From the human T2T-CHM13v2.0 reference genome, Homo sapiens, in assembly GCF_009914755.1 (NCBI RefSeq), contig NC_060934.1: a stretch of DNA of 64,000 nucleotides, one strand, 5' to 3'. Shown here in pieces: positions 1 through 14,199 of this stretch. Positions within the stretch are counted from its first letter, which is position 1. Every line of letters starts with the position of its first letter. A program made the translations under genes and the position numbers. The notes under the pieces are model-generated. The model saw only the letters and a list, made by a program, of their open reading frames with translations. It ran no database searches and was not told where the DNA came from.

Positions 1-415
1 CACCACCTCTCATCTGAATTATTCCAGTGTCTTCTCTCTGGTCCCTGAGTTTCTCTTATTGCTCCTCTCCAGTTTCTTAGCAGCATTCCCCAGACTGATC
101 CAGTTCACATACAGTCAGATCGTGTTGCTCTGTTGTTCAGAACCCTTCAGGGGCTTCCTAGTTCACAGAGTCCGAGCCAAAGTCCTTCAGGTTGCCCCAC
201 ACGTCCACTTACCCCACTTGCCTGCTTTATTTTCTCCAAAGCACTTAGCATCGTTGAAAATTTTTTTTTATGAATTTATTTTGTTTCTTGCCTGTCTTCC
301 CTTACCACAATTCGATCTCAGGAGGGTGGGATTTTTTCTGGCTTCTTCGCTACTGTATTTCCAGAGCCTAGAACAGCATGTATAGTAGGCACTGAATAAA
401 CATTTGTTAGATAAG
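1..415 (+). mobile_element. LINE-2 3' end relic
   Basis: Ends in the L2-type tail CCAGAGCCTAGAACAG...TAGTAGGCACTGAATAAACATTTGTT; heavily diverged. Confidence 0.6.
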
Positions 416-1354
416 GGTATTGCCTTTATATAAATAAAAAGCCAATTAAAAATACCACAAGTTTTTAAGCCATTTGCCATAAGCTAAGCTAAGCAGCTCA
501 TTGTTTTACTGGCTTAAGCATCCATAAGCAGTTTGAAACTGAAATCCTGAGGGGTCTAATTGAAAAGATTTGTTTCCATCTGGAAAATAACGATATTCTG
601 TCCTGAGATTACACACCTATCTCTGCCATGCACTCTCAAATCTTTTTTACAAAAATGTATCATACCGCTCTGTGGTAACTACTTATGACTAAAACAATTG
701 AGTTTCACAACCCTTGGCAGCTAAGATTTCAGGGAGAACACTAGTATATGTTTTTAAATCATAGAATCTGCTTAGTGAGTATAAATAGGCATCACACACG
801 TCTTCTGTAAGGAGCACACACCTAAGATTCCAATTCTTCTGACATGGGGAAAACCACCTCCAAGGCAAACCATCAGTTTGCCTTCCGCTTGCGCATAACA
901 ATTCTTGCCATGCTCTGCTGCTGAGTGAAGCTATTTGTATTTCATCAGGGTGTTCTCTTGCCTGACTTTGCCCCTCTTCTCACCTATTCCTTCAGGAACC
1001 TTAAGATGCCAAATTAGTGCTATCATTATATTTCCATGGCTACCGATCAAAGTTCTGCACACACATGATTAGAATTCACAGCAGGATAAGCTGGACTATG
1101 TGATGGAATGGTCTTTATCCCAAAGCAAATACCTGATTACACAGGGAACAACAACAACAAAAAGGAGCCAAGTGAATGACGTGTGCAAAAGCCCTTCTTG
1201 TGAATCAGTTGAAAGATAACCTCCCTCCACACCCCTAATTCCTAAATCTCATAATGTGGGCAATCCTTGAATCCACCAAGGATTTTAAATACTTCACAGT
1301 CTTGTTTCTCTGATGTGGAATCTGTTAGATTATGGCTCCATTCATAGAAGTATG

Positions 1355-1660
1355 TCATTTGTCCCTTAATATCCTCAGGGATTGGTTCCAGGACCCTGCA
1401 GATACCAAAATCTGGATGCTCAAGTCCCTGATAGAAAATGACATAGTATTTGCATATAATCTGTGCACATCCTCCTGTATACTTTAAATCATCTCTAGAT
1501 TACTTACAATACCCAACACAATGTAAATGCTATTTAAATAGTTATTATATGATATTTATTTGTATTATTTTTAATTCTTTTTTTGTTGCCGTTTTTTTCT
1601 GAATATTTTTTAACCAGGGTTGGTTGAATCCATGGACACATAACCCATGGATACTGACTG
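1355..1660 (+). mobile_element. MER2-family (TcMar-Tigger) non-autonomous DNA transposon
   Basis: GGGGATTGGTTCCAGGACCC...GATACCAAAATC...GATGCTCAAGTCCC...TACTTTAAATCATCTCTAGATTACTT...GGTTGGTTGAATCC matches the MER2 consensus as I recall it. Confidence 0.8.
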
Positions 1661-2379
1661 TGATTAATATTTGTGTTGTCTGCTTACTATGGGACCAATG
1701 AGATTTTGCAGGGATTTTTGTGTTGTTTGTTTGTTTTGGTGATTTTATTGAGCTTAACAGGTGTTAAGTTACGTAGATTTCAGTAAGACCTTTGGCAAAG
1801 TCTTTCCTTGTAAACAAGGAAATGTGTGTGTTAATGAATTGCACAGTGAATAGGATTCATTGCTGGTTACAGACTCTTCCCAAGATCGTTTTGGAGAGAG
1901 CTCAATCGTGGTGTGTCTCAGGTCTCTGCCCTTGCCCTGGCCTGTTTGCGCAGGGTATTGAGTATTTGGATAATGACTTAGAGGACATGTTTACCGAGTG
2001 GTGGATGAGAAAGCTAAGAAGAATAACTAAAGCTAAATGTCGACCAAGGATTCTGAAAGATCACAGACTGAAGGATGAGTTGAAAGAGACAGGATGAAAT
2101 TGAATAGTGATAGTTGTTTTCATCAGCTTAAAAAATCTAACTATAAAGTTATACACTGGAGAACTGGCCAAACTGCTGTAGAGACAAAAGGCACTTGAAT
2201 TTTGTGAGATCGGTGGGAATTAGGTGTGTGTATTGTAGTTGTCTAAAAACAGCTAAGGGTCTTGGTTACAGTTGCCAAGATACAGAACAAAAGTAGTGCA
2301 GTGACTACTTCTAGTGAATTCTGCAAGAATGGCCAGGTCACGCTTGGAATGTTGTACTCAGTTTTTACTGACATATTAA

Positions 2380-3175
2380 AGTGGTTTTATTGTGTAATAT
2401 TTGGTACATACAAAAGAATACATGTAAAACACAAGTTATAAAGTAAGTAATAAAATGAATGTCTAAAAGCCTTACTCCCAGTTTAAGAACTAGAACATTC
2501 TGAAAACCATTGAAACAATATTGTCCTTCCATACTCCAGAAGTAACCATTACCTTGCACTTAAGTTTGTCATTTCCTTTCTTTTTGAAAAACAGTTCCAC
2601 CATGTTATATGTGCATTTCTAAGTAATACATTTTTTACTTGTTTTTGAATTTTATGAAAAGGATGTCACTGAAGGTAGTAACACTTCATGCCACTTGCTT
2701 TTTACTTTCGACATTGCTTCTAAGATTCATATACATCGGCCTTTCCCAACCAGAGCCCCTCATCTTGACCACAGAACACAGAAAATAATTGGAGTGTATT
2801 TTCTCAGTCCTCCAAACATGATACATAAATAGTCTCCTAAATTTTAGATGCATAAGGGAGAAGTTATCTCGTTACATACAATGGATGCCTTAGGCTGGGC
2901 ATTTGGAGCTTAATTCTCTATTGGAACCTGGTTGAGACTGGCCGAATTGTTACATGTAGCTAGAGTTAATTCATTTTTACTGCTGTAAGATATCCCATTT
3001 GTGAGCACACTAAAGTTTTTTTCATATGTCCTCCTATGGATGGAAATTTGGGTTGTTACCAGTTTTTTGGTTTTGTTATTGTGAACAGTTCTGTGATGAA
3101 CATTCTTGTGTGGACCTGCAGGTGCACAAGAAAAATTTCTCTAGGCATACATCTGAGTGAATTTGCTTGGGTCTG
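2380..3175 (-). mobile_element. Old L1M (L1ME-like) 3' fragment interrupted by a ~200-bp hAT-like element (~2738-2945)
   Basis: L1M-type text (TTCATTTTTACTGCTGTA, GATGGAAATTTGGGTTGTTACCAGTTT, ATGAACATTCTTGTG); insert bounded by imperfect inverted ends GGCCTTTCCCAACC / GGTTGAGACTGGCC. Confidence 0.55.
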
Positions 3176-3281
3176 CTGCATTTTATGGGGACATTGACAA
3201 ACTGATAACGAGTTCAGAGGAAGGCAGTTAAGAATAATTTAACCATGTCATAACCAACCTTTGTTTTCCTTATTTTCTTAG

Positions 3282-3362
3282 GGATTGAAGAGGTTAATGA
3301 CCATTTGCCAGAAACACTTTCCTACAGACCCATCCAAATGTGTGGAGTACAATGCACTGTGA
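3282..3362 (+). CDS. PRPF18: Pre-mRNA-splicing factor 18, last coding exon (C-terminal 26 aa + TGA)
   Basis: Pyrimidine tract + TAG acceptor (3280-3281); phase-0 translation GLKRLMTICQKHFPTDPSKCVEYNAL*, the Prp18-family C-terminus; too short for the ORF track. Confidence 0.95.
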   Translation, partial: GLKRLMTICQKHFPTDPSKCVEYNAL

Positions 3363-3900
3363 GATCTGTGTATGGTGTGTTAATAACAATAAGAAACTTA
3401 GGGAAGCAGGCTGTGGACTTCTGGAATTACCAACAGGAATGAGGAAAGAAGAAAACTGGAGTTTCCAGTCTCTGAGTTCTACCTGATGTAACTCTTGATT
3501 GGTTTTAAGAACTTTGTTGGCCTTCATTTCATATCTGACTGCAAGCTGATTTTTCTTTCTTGCTTTCATTTTAATTAGTCCAAAATTAAGTTTTAAAGAT
3601 TTTTCCTCACAATTTAAATCCATAGACAACAGAAGGGGGTTTAAAATGACCTTTTTTTCAGTTGACCCGAAAGTTGTGGTTAGATGATTAAAAAGAAACA
3701 TTTGAGGATGGACTTAATTATTTCAGTAAAATATTATAATTTGCCTATTGTCTTTTATGTAATATTTATATAAAATATTTTTATATATTTCAAAAACATG
3801 GGACCATTGAATGAAACTTTATAGTCCTTAAATGTTGCTGAACTTTTGCTGTCTTGCAATAGAATTTGAATGTAAATATTATTACTGGTATAACTCAAAT
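3363..3900 (+). other. PRPF18: PRPF18 3' UTR (end approximate)
   Basis: AT-rich, repeat-free sequence after the stop; ATTAAA at 3687-3692; cleavage site not determinable from sequence. Confidence 0.6.
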
Positions 3901-4389
3901 GTTATTTTTCTTGCATTTCAAAGCTTGCTTTTATCTTCCAAGAAGTGTAAATTTTAGTATTTGTCATCTCTCAGGACAGATACAATTAATAGGAAATAGA
4001 AGTTTGAAGAAACAGAGATGGCACATCATAGCAAACTAAGTTCAAAACAGAATAACCCCAGTGCATCAAGGTTAAGGTGGGACAGTGGTTTGTGATGCCA
4101 GGGAGAGTGGGGAAATTGTGATGATGCTGGTAGACCTGGGCAGACTGTGTTCCCAGCCACACCCGCCAACAGAGGAGGAAGGTGCTGGTACTGATGTCCC
4201 CACCCGAGAGTCTGTCCTGGCCTTGGTTTTCCACAGTGAGGGCTCGTTCTAATGTTGCACAATGTCATACTCAGATATCACTGTGACCTGTTACTATGCT
4301 TTAGAACCCGAGAGGCCTCTGTTCACATGGCAGCATGTGTGAGTGGATGCTCCCGGAGCAGGTGGAGTGGTGGCGCTGGATAGCGGTAA

Positions 4390-4615
4390 GAGCGGGGGCT
4401 CCAAAGGCAGAACTTCCAGCTTCACATCTCAGCTCTGCACCTGCTCGCTGTATGACTTTAGCAAGCAACTGGATCTTTCTAAGCGTCAGCTTCGTTGTCT
4501 TAAATGGTAGTTGGTAATAATAGTCCATGCTTCGTAGCATCACTTTTGTGTTCAAGCAGAATGCTGAGCACACTGGCAAATAATAAGAGCTCGTAAATAT
4601 TAGTTGTTGTGTCAC
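4390..4615 (+). mobile_element. MIR SINE
   Basis: CTCAGCTCTGCACCTGCTCGCTGTATGACTTTAGCAAG core and GCTCGTAAATATTAGTTGTTG tail. Confidence 0.65.
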
Positions 4616-5081
4616 TGTTGTCATTAGAGGGAAGCCAGAGTCCCTTTCAGGAGCCCTGTGTTTAGGGGCAGTGTGTCCTCACAAAACAATAACAGTAATA
4701 ATGATGGTGTTAGCAGCAACAGCAGTAATCATGGAAACGTTGATTAAGCATTTACTGTATCTGAACCCTGCGGCTGTTCCTGCTTTCAGCCACTTCTGCA
4801 TTGAGAAGGGCCGGGGATGTGGTGGAAGCTAGATGTCACCAAGTAGGGGGATGTAGATTCACAGCGGTCTATTCTGGTTCCTCTTGGGAGGTTCAAACCT
4901 TGGGGAGGTTCAAAAGCCAGTTTTGGCCACTTGTGCTCTTCTGCTGTGCCTAGACAGGATCGTTTCTGATGGTTATATGCATGGTGGTGGCTGAGGTCCG
5001 CTGTCTGGAATTGAATTGGGGTTCCTTGCCTCCCACTCCCTCATTTGGAAACCTTTTCTTGTTATTAAATCAGTTAGAGGG

Positions 5082-5386
<305 letters not shown>

Positions 5387-6922
5387 TTAGAGCTTAGTGT
5401 AACTTACCAGCGCAAGTGAGAGACAGACTTTCGTAAGATATGACAGCAATCTAGATTTTTTATATAGGACCTATTTATAAATATTGTTGAATGAGTACTC
5501 TCCGAGTTACTTTTTCTGTATTCACCATCAGGTCACACAGTAGAGTAGTTCATTAATTTCTTGTTGTCTTCTGTTTTGCAGTTAGTTAATGTTCCATATA
5601 AAGAAACTGTCATGTGACACCAGTACCTCCTAAAATTGGTCAGTGTGGTAGATGGTTTAGAGAAAAAAGGAACCTGTTCCACAGGGCTGTGACCATTCGA
5701 GGGAAGCACATTCAAAGATGTAGATCCCCTCAGAGAAGTTTTCCATTTCCCTGAAGTTAAAGATCTTCAAATGACTGCAAATAACATGAGGATATATAGA
5801 AAAATGCCCTTCCCCAATTTCCAAATCGTGAAAATTTGGCTCAGCAGGTAAGTATTTCTGTTTGTAGTTGTTTATAAAACAGTGAAGACATACCTTTTAA
5901 AATCAATCACAGTCCTTAGATAAATTCCTCCCATTCTTCCTCCCCAGACTCCTATCCATTAAGAGTTGTGTCTCTGAATTCAAATTTCATAAAACACTGA
6001 GTTCCCTTCAGAAGTAAATAGTGCATTTCCTAGGAGTGTCATTGCCAACTGCAAAGACAGAGCAGTATTTTTCAGTGTTGCAGCATAGAGCCTGCAACAA
6101 TCTGGAGGTTGTGGCTGTGATTTCAGTCTTTGGGGGACAATTAGGAAAGTAAAGCTAAGGCCAAAGATAATTGACATGTGGAAAGAGACAAAGGACAGTC
6201 CGAATCTCGTAGGAGGAAGGGAGCGGTCCTGAGAGACCAGAGCTAGGCAGGCAGCTGTCGCTAAGAATGGAACTTAGTGATCTGCTGTGGGCCCAGAGCG
6301 CTCAGTGAGAACTCAGAGGACTAGGAAACAGGCTTGATAGCAGTATGACTTTTAATGCTAAGCTCTGCCTTCTGGTGATATCCTGACCTACTCCAGCACT
6401 TCAGAGCACTCTAGGGTTTGATCTCAGTAAATAACTTGGAAATGCAACCACCTTTTTGTTGGAAAGAAAGTAATAATGTATCCGGAAAGAAAGCAGGTTG
6501 GAAAACACCAGTGTTTCCAAATCTTTGATAGATTTGAATTTGGGGATTCATATCATTGGCTGCTTTTCAGCCACATGTGCTCACCTTTGTACCCCCGCCT
6601 ACCCTGCCCCACCCCATGAGGTTAATGCTTCACACAGAAGGATGGTAGAACGAAGTGGGGCAGTTTCAATGAAAGGGAGCATTAAGCTGAGCTCTGCCTC
6701 TTTCCTTTGTCTGCATGTCTGGTAAACACAACTTAATGGATTGTGCCTCCTCCTTCCCCCAGTATACTCCCATGAAGCCCCTAAAGAATAAGTTTATCCC
6801 ATAGCAATCTATGGTATGGTGTCATATTGGGAGTCTTGAGCCGAAAAGTACTTTCTCACGGTATATTGACGCAAGAGCTTCCAGCTGTCCAGAGCGCAAG
6901 AGCCAGCGCCAGTCCCCAGAGG

Positions 6923-6950
6923 GTTGCTATGGGAACACTGTTATGGCAAC
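6923..6950. promoter_or_regulatory. Tandem RFX X-box-like motifs
   Basis: GTTGCTATGGGAAC (6923-6936) abutting ACTGTTATGGCAAC (6937-6950). Confidence 0.5.
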
Positions 6951-7897
6951 TGGTTTTCATCACAGACTCTGCAGTTCCATTGGCTGAACTATAACCACAC
7001 GCTAGTCCTTTAATGGTTAACAGTAACTTTAAAATCATTTGAAATCTAAAAATAATTTCTGGTGGTGTGGAATAGCTAGGGAGGGCAGTGTGGCCAGCCG
7101 CGCAGCTATGGTGTGAGCTGACCCCATTCAGAATATTGAAAAACATGCTCATTTAAAAAAAGAATGTATTTTTACGTTGATCAGAACAATTTATCATGAA
7201 AGCATTGATTATTTATTTTTCCCCCATTGTAAACTTTATACAACTTGCTTAAATGAATCCTTGTGTTGCCTCTGCTGGTCACTCTCACTAGGCCACTTCC
7301 TTCTGTTGAGTCTCTTCTTCCCTCTCTGTAAGCACCAACTTCCTCAACTTTTTCTCACAGTGTTCAAGCTTAACACATAATTTTACCAATGAGAGCAGCT
7401 GAGAAGTTTCGAGCTGCCTTTTGGTGATCTCAGACTCTTTCACTGAGCTTCAGGCCGGGACAGTCAAGAGTCACTCCTGCAATCCGCTGTCCTGGCCTTC
7501 CTTAACTCACAGTTTTACAACTTGCCAAAACTAAATTGCCTTTGCGGTCAACTGCTTTTCCTTTCAGACTTAGGAGATGTTAGGAACCATGAGCGTTGCA
7601 GTCTGTGCAGTCTGCGCCTGCCTTTCTAAGTTTGGCCATCCTGGGAAGTAGAAGTGTAAAAGCTGTAGAATTTGAAACTTTTGGACCACAACTCAAAACA
7701 AGTGTATGGAGACCCAGTATTACATGTACACAGGCACGTCTACCTGAAACAAAGTCACTGGCCGTACCATGTGCAAGGCACATTCTTATGTTTTCTAATC
7801 TGTTGTGTTTCTTTTTAAAAATATGCTGGTGGTTATCCTCAAAATTGGTTGACAACTCATTAATGTATGGTGGTCAGCAGTTTGAAAACCACTGATT

Positions 7898-8770
7898 TTT
7901 TTTTTGAATTTCAAACTTTTATGTTAATTTCAGGGGTATATGTGCAGGATGTGCAGGTTTGTTGCATAGGTGAACATGTGTCATGGTGGTTTGCTGCACA
8001 CATCATCCTATCACCCGGATATTAAGCCCGGCATCCACTAGCTATTCTTCCTGATCCTCTCCCTCCTCCCACCCGCCATCCTCCAACAGGCCCCAGTGTG
8101 TGTTGTTACCCCTGTGTGTCCATGTGTTCTCATTGTTCAGCTCCTACTTACAAGTGAGAACGTGGTATTTGCTTTGCTGTTTCTGTGTAAGTTTGATAAG
8201 GATAATGGCCTCCAGCTCCATCCATGTCCCTGCAGAGGACATGATCTCATTCCTTTGTATGGCTGTGTGGTATTCCATAGTGTATATGTACCACATTTTC
8301 TTTATCCAGGCTATCATTGGTGGGCATTTGGGTTGATTCCATGTCTTTGCTATTGTGAATTGTGTCGCAGTGAACATACATGTGAGTGTGTCTTTATAAT
8401 AGAATGATTTATATTCCTTTGGTTATATACCCAGGAATGGGATTGTTGGATTGAATGGTATTACTGTCTCTAGGTCTTTGAAAAATTGCCACACTGTCTT
8501 CAACAATGGTTGAACTAATTTACACTCCCACCAATAGTATAAAAGCGTTCCTTTTTTCTCTACAACCTCACCAGCATCTGTTATTTTTTAATTTTTTGAT
8601 AATAGCCATTCTGACTGGTGTGGGATGGTAGCTTATTGAGGTTTTGATTTGCATTTCTCTAATGATCAGTGATGTTGAGCTTTTCTTCTTGTGTTTGTTG
8701 GCTGCATGTATGTCTTCTTTTGTGAAGTGTCTGTTCGTGTCCTTTGCCCACTTTTTAATGGAGTTGTTTG
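7898..8770 (-). mobile_element. 5'-truncated primate L1 (older L1PA) 3' end, ~870 bp, with TSD
   Basis: Poly-T then L1 3' UTR and ORF2 C-terminus remnant (IAKTWNQPKCP...WIKKMWYIYTMEY); TSD GAAAACCAC(T/C)GATT at 7884-7897 and 8771-8784. Confidence 0.92.
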
Positions 8771-9121
8771 GAAAACCACCGATTAAAGCAATTATCAGTA
8801 GAATTAAAGAAGGAAATGACCTGTTAGATGAATCTAGGACAAAAGGACTATAGTTCTTTTTTGATTTTTTTTAATATGGAGATAACACTTGGCTCTCATT
8901 GTTAGTGTGAAATTTAGCAGATTATAGAACCTACAGTACTTCAAAATGCTAAATACTTCTGCCGTAATATGTAATTCTTAAGTTTAAAATGAGGAGACGT
9001 CCATAGAAGAACCGAGAAAAGAAACTTGTAAGCCATCTGTTAGAAAATTGGCAGTATGTATAGCTGATCACCTTGGGCTGGTTGCACATTGTTGGATAAA
9101 GCAAGATTAAACAAGGTATTA

Positions 9122-9503
<382 letters not shown>

Positions 9504-9589
9504 CTAGTGTTACGCGTCAAGTGTCTGTTGAGAGGACAGTGGCTTGGCCCTTTGAAAATTATTTCCTAAGACTCAGTGCTAAATTACAT

Positions 9590-10650
9590 TTCTTTTAATG
9601 TAAATTTTCTTATTGGCAGTATAACATACATACAGAAAAATTACTAGAGTATCACATCATGATAGGTTTTTCACAAAGTAAACATTTCACAAAGTAAACA
9701 AAGTAACTAGCGCCCCAATCAGAAAAGGTAATTGTTATTAACTCCCCAGAAATCTCTTCATGTCCTCTTCTAGTCATAGCCATGGTCCTAATTTCTAACA
9801 TCATAATTTTTAAAAAATATCGGCGTGTAATTCACATACCATCAGTTGTACCCATTTAAAGTGTACAAAGGTTGTCAGTATATTCACAGTTACACAACCA
9901 TCACCACAGTCTTAGAACACTTTCGTCATTCCAAAAAAGAACCCCGTTTGCCTGTGTTTAACAATTTGCCTGTTTATAAATGGAATCAAACAGTATGTGC
10001 TTGACTTCTTTGGCTCAGCTTAGGGGTTCTGATACTTACTCATCCCCAATGTGTGTAGTTGTGGTTTTTCAGTCTTGATGCTGTGTCTCACAATTTATTC
10101 TACTGATGATGGAACATGTGAGTTGTTTCTGGTTTTTGCATGGATGTTTTATATGTGTTTCTTGGTGAATATACATCTCTCTATTTATATTCACAAGAAT
10201 ATATACCAAGGTATGAAATTTCTGGGACATAGGGTATGTATAAACTTGGCTATTAGAGTTATTGTCAAAGAGTTTTCCAAAGGAAAACCTTATACCAGTT
10301 AACACATTCCCACAGCAGGAGTTGAGAGTTCCAGTTACTCTGCCTCCTTGCCACACTTGATATATCCTCTGTCATTTTCATTTTAGCCCTTCTGGTAGTC
10401 ATAATGGTATCACGTTGTGGCTTTAATTTGCATTTCTCTAATGGCTAATATAGTTGAGTACCTTTTTTCATATGTTTAATGGCCATTTGGATGTTATCTT
10501 TTGTGAAGCTCCTGTTCAATGCTTACTTTTGTCCATTTTTCCCCTACTGAATTGCCTGCTTTTTTCTGACTGATTTATAGTACTTTCTGTATTCTGGCTA
10601 GATATCTGTATTGCAAATAAGCCTCCCACTTGGTGGCCACCCTTTGTGCC
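9590..10650 (-). mobile_element. Old L1M fragments
   Basis: L1M 3' text such as TTTAATTTGCATTTCTCTAATGGCTAAT and CATTTAAAGTGTACA. Confidence 0.7.
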
Positions 10651-10984
10651 AGGTTACCTTTTATGCATTGGAGAAATAATCTTATGACTGACTCAGATAT
10701 TGACATAACCTTTGCCAACTATCTTTGCCCGATAGATTTTATAAAAATCAAATCATATGTCAAGCTTAAATAACAATTCTTCCTCTTGTTTAATGATGTC
10801 ATCATAGTGGCATGTTTAAGAGTGTAAGATTTGTGAGAAGAGGAAATTATGTGAATGTTTGCACTTTTTTGTTAACTGTTGTATTGGATTATTTCATTTC
10901 AGATATGGCTGTTTTTGTTTTGCTTCTTTTGATGTGCAAGTTCATGTGCCATAAATGTGTGGTGTAGACACTACTAGTTACTTA

Positions 10985-11990
10985 CGCAATGTTCATTCTC
11001 TCTCCTTCTCTACTAACAGAGCCCTAATTTGTTTAGAACTGTAATATGCACAGTTAAAACAACTTGTCCTCTCAGGACCTTTTGCAGTTAGGGTTGGTCG
11101 TGTGACATGGTCCTGCGAAGAAGATACGGATAGAAGTCTGTGGGTGAGTGGGACTGCCTGGAAACCTGTTGCTTTACTAAGAGAAAGAGACAGACTTAGC
11201 TGACATACATACTTTGTCCTTTGCCTGTGATCATGATGCGTAGATGCTTGGTGGCCATCCTGCAATCTTGACAATGAAGATGTGCTAAAGATGGCCGAGC
11301 AGAAGATAAAGCTTGGCTTTTCTTTTTTTTTTTTTTTTTTTATGGCATCATGAAATCATTTTGTATAAAACATGAACTGCTTTTTTAAGGTTCTACAGAA
11401 AAACAGAAGAGATAGGAGATAGGGAGAAAGAGAAAGTTGTTGCGGGGGAGGGAGAGAGATTTATTATAAGGAATTGGTTGAAACAGTTATGGAGGCTAAG
11501 TCCAGTGATCTGTACTCCGCAAGCTGGAGACCCAGGAAAGTTGGTGGTGTAGCTCCCGTCTGAATCCAAAGGCCTGAGAACCAAGAGAATCAATGGTGTA
11601 AATTCTAGTCTAAGTCCAAAGGCCTGAGAACCAGGAGAGCTGATGGTGTAATTCCAGTCTGCAGGTGGACTGGAGCGTAGAGAGAGCTAATTCTCCTTTA
11701 CCCCATCTTTTTCATCTATTCAGGCCACCAGTGGATTGAATGATGCCCATATGCACTGAGAAGGGCCATGTGTTTACTCGGTCTACCAATTCACATGTTA
11801 ATCTCATCCAAAAACACCCTCACAGATACGTTTGGAATGATGTTTAACCAAATATTTGGGTACCGTCTTCCCCAGTGAAGTTGACACAAAATTAACCATC
11901 ACAGCTGCCTTCCCTGGGCCTCATGTTATATGAGAACAGTATTGGGTAAGTTGGGTTTCCATTATATTCTGCTGAACTCAGTCCCCAAGC
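10985..11990. mobile_element. MaLR (MLT1-type) LTR relic interrupted by an MLT2 LTR
   Basis: MLT1-like text at 10985-11310 and again after 11905. Confidence 0.5.
11390..11903 (-). mobile_element. ERVL MLT2-type solo LTR
   Basis: GATTTATTATAAGGAATTGG, GCTGGAGACCCAGGAAAG, duplicated AAAGGCCTGAGAACCA, ending AAATTAACCATCACA (TGTGATGGTTAAT on - strand). Confidence 0.8.
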
Positions 11991-14199
11991 AATGTATGCA
12001 TTACTCAAACTTCTTGACCTTCAAAATCATCAAGTGACTTGTGGCAAGTGTGCCATGGTGCTGAGGTCTTTGTTCATTTCGACTGGAATAAAATCGGACT
12101 TTGCCACATCCTCCTAAGATAAAATAGATATGAGAGCATTTACTTGAAGTGGTTCTGTGGATGTTGGTACATTGTGATTTCAGTTACAGAAAAGCCACAG
12201 ATGGAACTGTTAAAAGCACCTCAAGGACAACCAGGTACTGGAGCAGATGCCAAAAGGAGTTCTTCTGCCCTGTCATCAAGATTCTGAATCACTCAATTTA
12301 TTGGACAAAAGCATTTAGCTCTGATTCCTCTTGTGTTCTCTCCAAATCTCCATCAGAGTAAGAAGAGACTTTGAGAGAATTAAACTCTCTTCTGAGTATC
12401 TGTTATAGATGTGAAAGATACTTCAGAAAATACATGACTGTGGTTTCATCATTTTGGGAAAAGCAGCTTGATATGCTTTGACTTGTTATTACTACAGTTC
12501 CGTCTGAGATGGCAACTCACGTTACACTAACGTGGGCCAAAAAAAAAAAGTGCTTGTGTTTTTGTCCTTTATAGAGTTTTTTAAAAATTAAAAAGCTAAA
12601 AATTAGTTTGTCTTAAATATTATAGCATAGATTTTAGAGGTCTCTTTGAGATTTTAGAACCTGTTAGTTCATCCTTTGATTAGGAATTTCTAGCCAGGAC
12701 TCAGGATAAAGGTCCAATTTCTGGTCAGTAGGGGTGCTGGTTGTGAGGCTGTTGTCTCAGCTCCAGACACATCTTCATACTCTGCTTTGTCATGAGACTC
12801 TGCAAACCACATCTTTCCTTTGCTAGAGAGCTTTTTGTTAGGGCATACCAGGATTGGACACGAGAGACTGGAACCTGGAGGCGGGAAGAAGGGAGCTCCC
12901 CCCTTCTATTTGCTTTCTGTTTCTAACAACGATGGCACAGCCGTGGTTTTCCAGAAGCTGAGCAGTGGCTGTTCACTCCTGAAGGAATAGTGGGTTCCAG
13001 GGTGCGGTTTTCCACACTTGTAGAACCAGCTTCATCTCTCCACTCAAAGATCACCGCACCGTCAGCCGGTGGCCCCTCTTCAGAGGTTTGAATCCGAGCT
13101 CTGTGGAGTCCCCACATTTCTGAGGTACCAGTTACCAGGAGAGTGGTGTCCACGCCAGAGAGGTTTCACTCCCAGCTCCTGGAAAAGCTTCCACATTTTA
13201 ATGATCCCAGCCTTGCCTCTGGTTCCCAGCCCTAAGCGTGGCGGCTTCCTATTGCAGTTATCTCTGTGATACCTGAGAGTCCCCTTTTTGCCTCCTACCT
13301 CTTCACTATCTGGTTGACAGTTGTTTGTTCAATCATCTCTCTTAGAATAATTGCTATGGTCTTGGTCCGAGATATAATAGGCAACCAGGTTTTCAGCTCC
13401 TGGAAAAGAGCCATGAGACCCAGGTCCTCTTCTACGCAATCCCAAGCTCAGGTGGATTTTTCACTAGCTTTCCTCAATACAACATAGGGATCCCTCCCTA
13501 GATGATGTGATTCACCCCCGTGGGGATAGCTGTGAGATTAGGGGAAACTGATGTTTTACCTACACCCTGGTCATGAAGACCTTGCTTTGCTCCCTCCTTC
13601 ATTCCTACCCTGCTGTTCCTCAGTCTCCTCAGTCCAATCAGTCTGTTTTCTCCTACTTAATAGCACCTTCTCAGCTTCCCTTTTCTTTTTAGTCAGTCTG
13701 GATCCCATTACCATCATTTCAGTCACCTTCCAGTCCCTTTTACTCTCACATGTTTTTGTTGTCCTGCCACACCCGCTGACAACCCCAAGCCAGAGTCATT
13801 CCAACCTCTCTCCTCCCATGCTCTGACATGATAGTAGCTGCCCTGGAGGAAATTCACAATCTAAGCATCCAATGTCAGCTGGATCCTCCCTGCCATAGCT
13901 CTCCTGATGCCTCTGCTCTATCCTGATCCTACCCTGCTGCCTCCTTTTTATCTCACTTGGAGGGTGGCCTAACCTACCCTTCTCATACAGCTTGAATATG
14001 GAGGCAATCTTAAGGCCTCTTTCTACCTCCAAATCTACCAGCATCTTGTCTTACTTGATTTGGAGAAAAAGCTGTTCCTCTTTCTGTCATAGGCTAAATC
14101 TTCCACTATCCTGCTTTCTTATCTATTATGTTATCTAATTTACTTTCTATTGGCCCCCTCTACTTCCAGTGTAATTAAGTCTTATAAGGGCAGGGAATT

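Noticed and set aside
8096-8407. ORFs resembling reverse-transcriptase-protein C-termini (also 61110-61489)
   Set aside because: Remnants of 5'-truncated L1 copies, not functional genes
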